Shown here one piece after another: positions 43,041 to 49,572 of a stretch of 49,572 nt of DNA. Both the position numbers and the translations under genes were made by a program. Every line of letters starts with the position of its first letter. Positions within the stretch are counted from its first letter, which is position 1. This DNA comes from a virus (taxonomy: Duplodnaviria > Caudoviricetes): IMG/VR virus record IMGVR_UViG_3300012971_000008, positions 1 through 49,572 of that record; one strand, 5' to 3'. The notes below the pieces were generated by a model. That model worked only from the letters and a program-made list of their open reading frames with translations. It made no database searches and was not told where the DNA came from.

Positions 43041-44946
43041 TGTCTCCGCCGAGCCCACGTTGCTGAATAGCTTGGGCCATCTCAATGATGTTTGCGGGTC
43101 CTGCATTTTCTGCCGGGGCATTGGCTGGTTGCTCCTCTAATTTAGGTGCGTCGGGAATATATTCTTCGGGATGGTCGGAGAGTTGAAAGTCTTTCACGAT
43201 TTTGCGCATAAACACGGTGCGTGCTTCGATTACCCGGACCATCCACTTACGGTATTCGGGCGGGGCGGTGGGATTACTGGCGGCTTGAATCATCTGCGAT
43301 TGCCGCTGGTTGAAAGCTTCGATGGCCTGGTTCAGCAGGATTTCATTTTGCTTGGTGACTTCGGTATTCACGCTGGCGGTAGCGGCGCGCATGGGGATTC
43401 TAACTCTGCGATCTAGCACATCGCGCAACACTTCATTGAGCAACTGTTCGTCGATGCCGAAGATGGTGCCTTTTCTGCCCAGGCCTAGAAAGCCGTAGAA
43501 GTCGGTGATGAGCGCACCGGCTTTGACATGGGCGTGGCGGAAATCGGATTGCCGGTGGCCGCTGCGGGTATTGCTGTCCTGCATGATGGCCATGGTGCCC
43601 ATAGCCGAGTAGCGGCCTTTTTTATCGACTGACCCGGCACCGGCTCCGGCCACAGCGGGAGCGATCCCGGCGCGTTCGCGCGCTTGCTGGATCATGGCCG
43701 CTTCGTTCTGCAAGCTGATGGCGGACATAGCCGGGTTGGCTACTTCGTGGTGGGTGAAGTCGTCCTTGTTGACCGGCAGGCACACCCCCGGCCAGATTTT
43801 CATGTTGCGGTCGATATTCTTGTTTTGCGGGGAGAGAGTATTGATGCCGAGGATGCCCCAGGTCATGGCGTCGTTGCGCTGGTTTTTGGTGGTAGAGACT
43901 TCTTCCTGGAAGTGTTTGAGCATTTGCGCGAAGCCCATGCCGTCTACGGAAAGGCAAGTTTCCACGATGGGAATTTGGTTGTCGGGAATGAAGTTGTAGA
44001 CACAGTTGAGCATGGTCTTGCTGCGCTGGTGGAACCAGGCAATCAAGCGGAATTTCCGTTCGCTGTGGTACCAACTGAAGTAGCAAGCGTAGATGTCCCA
44101 TTCGGCGAGGGTAGTGTCTTCCGAATCGGCAATGCCTTTTTTGGCGTGCTCGCGTTTCTTTACCGGGCTGGGGCCGTAGCGGTCGGGATGCCCCAGGATG
44201 CTTTTTACTTTTTCCTTGTCGAGGAATCCCTTGTAGGCGCGTTCCTGCAACTGCCGTTTACTGAGGGTGTGGCGGACGATGAGCGGATCGTTTTCCTCGA
44301 ACACTTGGCAATCCGGGTCGGCGAGCACGTCTTCGTAGCGCAGGTTGACGACTTTGGGACCTTCATAGATGGTGCGTTCGTCGAAGCTGGCGCGGCCCTC
44401 TTCATAGCCGGTATACACCGCTTCCATGCGGTGTTCCGGGACTACCAGCAAATGCGCTTTGCCCAGACCGGCGCTGTCGATGAACCATTTGTTTTCCCGC
44501 GTGTAGAGGTCGAGCTCGCGCGGATCGTTGCCCACATAGTCCATGAAGTCTTGCAGCAGGTTTTGCTTGCGGGTAAAGCTTGCCGCTTCCTGGTCGTTCC
44601 CGGCTTTCACCAGGTATTGGAACACATATAAAGGATGGGTATTCCAGACCAGTTGCAGCACCCGCGCGGCCAGGTCGTTGCAGGATTCACCGGCCAGGGG
44701 ATGCACCAGGTTGGAGCAATTCGGGAAGGGCCAGGACTTGTTTTCCTCTTTGGGTCTGCCTTGCAAAATTCTGCGGTACTCCGGGATTTTGGTTTCGTGC
44801 AGGTTGCGCAAGCGGCTGATGCGGCTGTCGATGTGGCGGCAAAGCCACTTTTCAATTTCTTCTTTGACTTCTTTGGGGAAGTTGATGGTGCGGGGAGTAA
44901 AAGCGGGAAGCTTGGTTTCGCTGATCGCCGTGGCCGGTGACGCCAT
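42991..44946 (-). CDS. Portal protein
   Basis: 651 aa; PFPNCSNLVHPL, GPKVVNL..EDVL.DP; position after terminase. Confidence 0.85.
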   Translation of the reverse strand: MASPATAISETKLPAFTPRTINFPKEVKEEIEKWLCRHIDSRISRLRNLHETKIPEYRRILQGRPKEENKSWPFPNCSNLVHPLAGESCNDLAARVLQLVWNTHPLYVFQYLVKAGNDQEAASFTRKQNLLQDFMDYVGNDPRELDLYTRENKWFIDSAGLGKAHLLVVPEHRMEAVYTGYEEGRASFDERTIYEGPKVVNLRYEDVLADPDCQVFEENDPLIVRHTLSKRQLQERAYKGFLDKEKVKSILGHPDRYGPSPVKKREHAKKGIADSEDTTLAEWDIYACYFSWYHSERKFRLIAWFHQRSKTMLNCVYNFIPDNQIPIVETCLSVDGMGFAQMLKHFQEEVSTTKNQRNDAMTWGILGINTLSPQNKNIDRNMKIWPGVCLPVNKDDFTHHEVANPAMSAISLQNEAAMIQQARERAGIAPAVAGAGAGSVDKKGRYSAMGTMAIMQDSNTRSGHRQSDFRHAHVKAGALITDFYGFLGLGRKGTIFGIDEQLLNEVLRDVLDRRVRIPMRAATASVNTEVTKQNEILLNQAIEAFNQRQSQMIQAASNPTAPPEYRKWMVRVIEARTVFMRKIVKDFQLSDHPEEYIPDAPKLEEQPANAPAENAGPANIIEMAQAIQQRGLGGDNAALGGIPAFGPGLPR

Positions 44947-44963
44947 AATGGGGAAACTGTACT

Positions 44964-45407
44964 CTACTCAGTCCTGAAACTTCTAGTCTGTTTTCTCCGC
45001 TGATTTCTCGCGTACTCGTTCCAACATTGTCGGCAAACTCGCTTCACGTGTCCACCGGGACGATTGTGAAAAGTCAAGTTGTTGCCGGAAAAGGGATGCC
45101 CATTTTTACAAACTGTCTTGCGGCTGTTCACTGCCGCAGGCCCATCGCTTCGCAGTACATTCACTCCCATGCTCACTACTTCCATATGTTTTGGATTGAC
45201 GCACTGCTTGTTTTTGCAAAGATGATCTATGGTCATGCCGGTAGCGATTGGCCCTACCAAAAGTTTATAAACGATGCGATGAGCATAATCGGTTTTCTTG
45301 ATCGCGTTTAGCCACATGCGCCCGTAGCCTTTTAACGTCACGCTACCTTTCCATTTCCAGCATTTGCTGGTTTTCTGGATGCGCTTGGCGATGATAGCGG
45401 GAAGCAT
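44964..45407 (-). CDS. Free-standing HNH homing endonuclease
   Basis: CWKWKG..GYG..AHRIVY..IDHLCKNKQCVNPKH; C-terminal CKNGH..CRQC; lower GC. Confidence 0.9.
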   Translation of the reverse strand: MLPAIIAKRIQKTSKCWKWKGSVTLKGYGRMWLNAIKKTDYAHRIVYKLLVGPIATGMTIDHLCKNKQCVNPKHMEVVSMGVNVLRSDGPAAVNSRKTVCKNGHPFSGNNLTFHNRPGGHVKRVCRQCWNEYARNQRRKQTRSFRTE

Positions 45408-45408
45408 T

Positions 45409-47091
45409 TTAGTATCCTCCAGAACCAACGGAGCGATTCTCGAAATCACTATATTGACTTGACAAAAACTTCATCAACTCTGAATTAGATATTCCTACGT
45501 CAGTTATCTTTAACATATACCCGAACGTGTCGAGCACATCGACCAGCCCGGCGGGATAGCTTCTGACCTGATCGACCAGCTTGGCTTGCGAGCGGTGCGC
45601 CCAAATCTGGTTGTTGCGCAAGACTGGTTCCAGCGCTTCAATGCGGTTTTTTTTGGCGTTTTCCGAATTGTCGTAGGGCAGTTCGTTGACCATAAGCGGG
45701 TTGCCCTCGCGCTGGTTACGTTCGTCCAGGTAAAACTTGAGGATATTTTGCGCGGCCACGGTTTCCAGGAAAAAGTCGCGCATTCTCCAGCGGTGCGCAA
45801 TTTTATACACGTTGGCCACGAGTTCCGAGTACCCGGTCGCTTCCGCCCACAGGTCCAGCACATATAAATGATAAGAAACCGGGTCGTAGCCGAGCACCAG
45901 GATGACGTGATCGCAGCGTTTGATTTTTTTGGCGTGCGCGATATCCACCAGCATCTTGATGCTCAAGCTGCCGGGGGAGAGGTCGTCGAAGACTTTGCCG
46001 TCGGCGGATTCATGTTCGATGAGCAGCACATTGCGCGGATCGTCCAGCTCCAAGTCGGGCGCCGACTGCTTAAAGCGGAAGTAGCGCAGCCAGGTTTCAT
46101 CGAAGATGCACTCGGTCGGCAGGATGGATTTATTGCGGTAGAAGTGGAAGTAGTCGTAGTTGCCCAAGTCGGCGTGTTTTTGCTTGAGCGCGGGGAGCGG
46201 CCATTCTTCCGGGAAAATCGGGGTATTGTGCGGGTGCAAGGGGCAGCAACCGCCTTCCGCGTCGTGGGTTTCAAAACTGAAGTGCGGCTGATTTTTTTTG
46301 ATGCGCGAGTTCAGGTCGTCGTGCCCCCAGCGGTTGCCGATGACCAGTTGTTGCCCCAGCACTTTGCCGTCGCGGGTGCGGTCGAGCCGGGTACTAAGTT
46401 GTCCGTGCCAGCGCCAAACGCTATCGCCGATTTTGCCGTCGCCGTCCAGCATGTTTTGCTGAGCGGCGCGGCCGAAGTTGTCGTCCTGGATGGTGCGGTC
46501 GGCGCGCACGCCTTGCAGCGCTTGGCCTACGCCGCGATAAGAAAAGGTGGGGTTGGTGGCGTCGAAGGGGAAGCGGCGGTCGCGTTTCTGGTATTTAGAG
46601 TGGTCGTTCCAGACGCAACTAGAGTCGGGAATGATTTCCTCGAACACGGTTCTGAACAGATCGTTATTTTCGTAGGCGTCGTCCACTTCCTTGCCCATGT
46701 CGGTGGCGCGGTCCTCGATTTCGTGGGTAATCAAGGTGCGGGTATTGGCGTTGTGCATTTTCGCCATAAATCTGCACCAGGCATCGCCGTAGCCCAATGC
46801 GCGCATTTGTTCTTCGTCGTAGGGAGAAAAGGGCAGCGCGGACCAAATGGGGTAGCCGATAGAACCGATAGTGGTTTTGAAGTGGCCCATGGGCACTTCC
46901 ATCACCAGGTGCAGGTCCTCTGTCTCCAGCCACGAGCACATTTGCTGGTGCAGCAAAGCCAAGCGGTCCTTGCGCAAGGTGACGTGGGTGAAGAAAAATA
47001 GCGACCCGAGCGAGTTTAGACGGATGGCGTCGCGGAAGCCTACCGGGTCCTCGCGCGGATCGGGAACGGGAAGTTCGACCCATTTTTGCAT
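45409..47091 (-). CDS. terL: Terminase large subunit
   Basis: Walker A PMGHFKTT; G.RADRTIQDD; IGNRWGHDDL; RNase H-like VDIA..D, FLETVAAQ, K.NRI, DVLD. Confidence 0.92.
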   Translation of the reverse strand: MQKWVELPVPDPREDPVGFRDAIRLNSLGSLFFFTHVTLRKDRLALLHQQMCSWLETEDLHLVMEVPMGHFKTTIGSIGYPIWSALPFSPYDEEQMRALGYGDAWCRFMAKMHNANTRTLITHEIEDRATDMGKEVDDAYENNDLFRTVFEEIIPDSSCVWNDHSKYQKRDRRFPFDATNPTFSYRGVGQALQGVRADRTIQDDNFGRAAQQNMLDGDGKIGDSVWRWHGQLSTRLDRTRDGKVLGQQLVIGNRWGHDDLNSRIKKNQPHFSFETHDAEGGCCPLHPHNTPIFPEEWPLPALKQKHADLGNYDYFHFYRNKSILPTECIFDETWLRYFRFKQSAPDLELDDPRNVLLIEHESADGKVFDDLSPGSLSIKMLVDIAHAKKIKRCDHVILVLGYDPVSYHLYVLDLWAEATGYSELVANVYKIAHRWRMRDFFLETVAAQNILKFYLDERNQREGNPLMVNELPYDNSENAKKNRIEALEPVLRNNQIWAHRSQAKLVDQVRSYPAGLVDVLDTFGYMLKITDVGISNSELMKFLSSQYSDFENRSVGSGGY

Positions 47092-47667
47092 TCAAGCGTT
47101 GGTATGGAGCGCGGCGCTAGCTTTGAACATTTTATATTCAGGAGAACCGCCGTGGATTTTGGCCAGGATGTCGTTTTCCAGGAGGATTTGAATAGAGGCT
47201 TCCACGGTTTTGTCGGTGGCGAGATCGTAGCCGGTCAAGGTCAAGCCGTGCCCGGCGTAGGCGGGGCAGAGCACCCGTTCCGCGAGTTTGTAGCGGCGCA
47301 CATTTTCTCCGCAAGAAACGATGACCCCGGAAGTGGGACGACCCTTTTGCGAATCCGGGATTACGATGGTTTGGCTGCCTTTACCCTGACACGATGGGCA
47401 GGGGATTTTGCCGGTGCGGCCGCAGATGCCGCAGCCGATTTGGTTTTCCCCTTTTTGGTAGAAGCCAGTTCCCGCGCAGTTTTCGCAGTCGATGACCGAT
47501 TCGGTTTGCCCATCTTCTCCGCCTTTCTTGATGCGGTGCTCGCGGTCGCCGCAGCGCACGCACTCAAAACCCGAGCGGTAGGGATCGAGCAGGACGATCA
47601 ACTGGTTTTCCGCCGCTTCCAAACCTTTGTTGCCGACCCAAAAGATGTTGGCTTCAATCTCTTGCAT
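47092..47667 (-). CDS. GroES/Cpn10-like co-chaperonin with inserted DnaJ-type Zn finger
   Basis: NQLIV...IVIPDSQKGRPTSGVIVSCG..RVL..YAG..ILLENDILAKI, with four CxxC motifs inserted. Confidence 0.8.
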   Translation of the reverse strand: MQEIEANIFWVGNKGLEAAENQLIVLLDPYRSGFECVRCGDREHRIKKGGEDGQTESVIDCENCAGTGFYQKGENQIGCGICGRTGKIPCPSCQGKGSQTIVIPDSQKGRPTSGVIVSCGENVRRYKLAERVLCPAYAGHGLTLTGYDLATDKTVEASIQILLENDILAKIHGGSPEYKMFKASAALHTNA

Positions 47668-48088
47668 CTTTTTCTTCTTCTCTTTCTTTTTCTACTGGCG
47701 CAGCCAGTTCAGCGGACACGGTGATAGCGGCGTCGCGCATGGCTTTGATTCTGGCAACCGACTCTTGCGCGCGGATTCTTTCCGTGTCGGAGAGGAAGTT
47801 GAAATTGTAGGTGTCGCCGGTGCCGGGGTCTTTAACCGGGCCTTCGAGCAGATTAATCACCAGTTCCAGGTAGCGGATATTTTTTCCGTCTTCCGCTTCG
47901 TTGACCAGGCGCATCAGCATCTTTTTCAATTTCTTGGGGTGGGCGGCGTAAAAATCAATGAGCCAATCGCTGGCGATTCTGCGGCGTTTGGCGGTAGAGC
48001 GGCCGAGGTTGGCGCTGCCGTCCACCAGGTGGCGGTACTGGCCGGGGCGCAAGGTGCCTTTGAGCGGGAGGCTGTAGTCACCAGGCAT
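47654..48088 (-). CDS. Putative terminase small subunit
   Basis: Helical 144 aa protein upstream of terL; A.DG..RYLELVINLLEGPV. Confidence 0.5.
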   Translation of the reverse strand: MPGDYSLPLKGTLRPGQYRHLVDGSANLGRSTAKRRRIASDWLIDFYAAHPKKLKKMLMRLVNEAEDGKNIRYLELVINLLEGPVKDPGTGDTYNFNFLSDTERIRAQESVARIKAMRDAAITVSAELAAPVEKEREEEKDARD

Positions 48089-48138
48089 AGGCGAGACTTT
48101 AGCATTGACAGCGGGGCGGTCGCAAACCAAAATTTGCC

Positions 48139-48369
48139 ATGGCGAAAAACCGCTGCAAGAAACACAACCGGCCGCGGCCGTGTCTGCTGTGCGTGCGTTA
48201 CCGAGGGCGCTGCGGGGGCCGGGCCAAGAGCGAAAAGAAGCACGCCGCCATCCTGAAGAATTTAGCTATTGCGCAGCGCCGCCGCTGGCGCGGGCACTGG
48301 TACCGGCTGCGCCTAGCCGCCAGAAAAGCGGCCAAAGCGGCCAAGAACCCCCCTACCCCTACTCAGTAA
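48139..48369 (+). CDS. Basic protein with C..H..CxxC motif
   Basis: Very R/K-rich; divergent from the late operon. Confidence 0.45.
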   Translation: MAKNRCKKHNRPRPCLLCVRYRGRCGGRAKSEKKHAAILKNLAIAQRRRWRGHWYRLRLAARKAAKAAKNPPTPTQ

Positions 48370-48412
48370 CTAAATGTATAGAGCTTTGGTTAGCGAGTGT
48401 TATAGTAACGGT

Positions 48413-48601
48413 ATGGACGTTGAACTCACCAGCCAGTTGAGTGCGGAGATTTATGCTCTAGCCATCGAGTCTGACGCTTTAGCGAGCGAGCAGCGGCGCG
48501 CGGAAGCGCGTCTGGCGACGGTATTGGCGCGCAAGCAGGAAGTGCATTTACGTTTGAATTTTTTGCGCGAACTGGAAAGCCAGTTGGAGCGGATCAAGTA
48601 G
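48413..48601 (+). CDS. Small coiled-coil protein
   Basis: TGnTATAGT extended -10 just upstream, suggesting a leaderless start. Confidence 0.55.
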   Translation: MDVELTSQLSAEIYALAIESDALASEQRRAEARLATVLARKQEVHLRLNFLRELESQLERIK

Positions 48602-48887
48602 GGTCGCGGCCGTCGTAGGCGCGGACCATAGCTTCCAGTTCGTCCAGGTCATCCAGCAATTTCTGGTAATTGGCGGGGGCAGCGGGGCGGGCGCGGGCTT
48701 TAGCGATGAGCGCGCGGAGCGCTACCGGGATGCGCGCTTGCAGCATCAAGGCTTGCATGATGGCTTCATCTACGGTCATGCAGCATCTCACCACTTTCCC
48801 GGCGGTACGGACAATAGCGCAATCAGTAGTCGCAAAATGAACCACAACCACCTCATTGCTCACCTCTTGCCCACAGTACAACGCCAA
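48594..48887 (-). CDS. Hypothetical protein
   Basis: ORF; true start may be downstream (MTVDEAI). Confidence 0.5.
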   Translation of the reverse strand: MALYCGQEVSNEVVVVHFATTDCAIVRTAGKVVRCCMTVDEAIMQALMLQARIPVALRALIAKARARPAAPANYQKLLDDLDELEAMVRAYDGRDPT

Positions 48888-49053
48888 TCAACAATTCCCG
48901 GTATGCCTGTTCATGCTGCCGACAAAAAAAACTCTTTGGCCGTCGAGGTTGCGGACAGGGGATTAATACCAGTTTCTTTTTCTTGGTCATAAAACTTTCA
49001 AAGCAAACTTCCCGCTCCAGATACGCGATGCAGTGTTTACCTTTCGGCCCCAT
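48853..49053 (-). CDS. Hypothetical protein
   Basis: Cys/His-containing ORF in the - strand string. Confidence 0.45.
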   Translation of the reverse strand: MGPKGKHCIAYLEREVCFESFMTKKKKLVLIPCPQPRRPKSFFCRQHEQAYRELLIGVVLWARGEQ

Positions 49054-49333
49054 CGACCGAGCGTATCACTTCAGGGATGGGCTGTGCGGCCAGCTTGTCC
49101 TTTACGATGGCTTCGATTATTTCCGCTTCGTGCGTGGTGCAAAGCACGTCGCCGCTCTCTACCAGCACACCACATTTATGGCAAGTTGGCCCCGCTCCCT
49201 CACGGTCGGCGGCGAGCAACTTGTTAAGTTCGGCGGCAACACCGTCAGCGCTCTCAATCCCGAATTGTATTGGCGTGGCGTACAGGCTCAGCGCTCTCAG
49301 CACTTGTTCACCAGTTAGTTTTATCATCGCCAC
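49037..49333 (-). CDS. Hypothetical protein with CxxC..C..H
   Basis: 98 aa ORF. Confidence 0.6.
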   Translation of the reverse strand: MAMIKLTGEQVLRALSLYATPIQFGIESADGVAAELNKLLAADREGAGPTCHKCGVLVESGDVLCTTHEAEIIEAIVKDKLAAQPIPEVIRSVDGAER

Positions 49334-49358
49334 TTCTCCACCAGCTTCTCAACGTTGC

Positions 49359-49553
49359 TCATGGCTTCTCCTGCTGCGGCGGGGTGCGCTCTTGCCAAAA
49401 AGTAGGTTCGTAGTAGACGTACATGGAGCCATCTGGTACGAACCACAGGCGATCACTCCGCTTTAGCTGAGTCACCTGCCCATGCGAGTTCATCGTGTTC
49501 ACTACGACGCCATTAGGCGGTAACTTCTCACTAGGCTTATACCAGTCATTCAT
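49359..49553 (-). CDS. DUF551-like small phage protein
   Basis: W.KPSEKLPP..V..W..PTFW pattern. Confidence 0.7.
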   Translation of the reverse strand: MNDWYKPSEKLPPNGVVVNTMNSHGQVTQLKRSDRLWFVPDGSMYVYYEPTFWQERTPPQQEKP

Positions 49554-49572
49554 TTGCTCCTCCGTGGCCGCG
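49450..49572. repeat. Terminal direct repeat copy 2
   Basis: Identical to 1-123. Confidence 0.95.

Noticed and set aside
44964-45520. Group I intron in terL
   Set aside because: terL is an uninterrupted ORF ending before the HNH; no second exon or intron core is seen
1-49572. Genome-wide stop-codon reassignment
   Set aside because: Genes are dense and intact in the standard code, using all three stops; only one in-frame TGA case was found

Overview
The window is an apparently complete, circularly assembled ~49.4 kb tailed dsDNA phage genome (bases 1-123 repeat exactly at 49450-49572). The morphogenesis gene order suggests a podovirus: terminase, portal, scaffold, major capsid protein, adaptor/nozzle and three ejection-type proteins, with no tape measure gene. 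The + strand arm (~2.2-14 kb) holds early and replication genes: DUF932-like protein, a two-domain beta-clamp homolog, KTSC, RecT/Bet, HNH, a DnaA-box/hairpin origin candidate and DnaB. The - strand arm (~14-48 kb) holds late genes. I see no integrase, DNA polymerase, primase, tRNA, CRISPR array or recognisable endolysin. An Acidobacteria-like Gram-negative host is an inference from protein styles. Most notable: (1) a ~14 kb block of fibre/adhesin-like, Cys-rich proteins that mostly carry Sec or lipoprotein signal peptides; (2) a PurD-like ATP-grasp ligase translationally coupled to an unannotated 32-aa acidic peptide; (3) a GroES with a DnaJ-type zinc finger inserted, next to the terminase; (4) a XerCD dif-like site flanked by two RHH-Zn regulators in an integrase-less phage; (5) a phage-encoded PEP-CTERM-like protein; (6) distinct early (GGAGTGGAC plus long hairpins) and late (GTACnnGTAC) cis-motifs. 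All family calls come from motif recognition by eye, not database searches.
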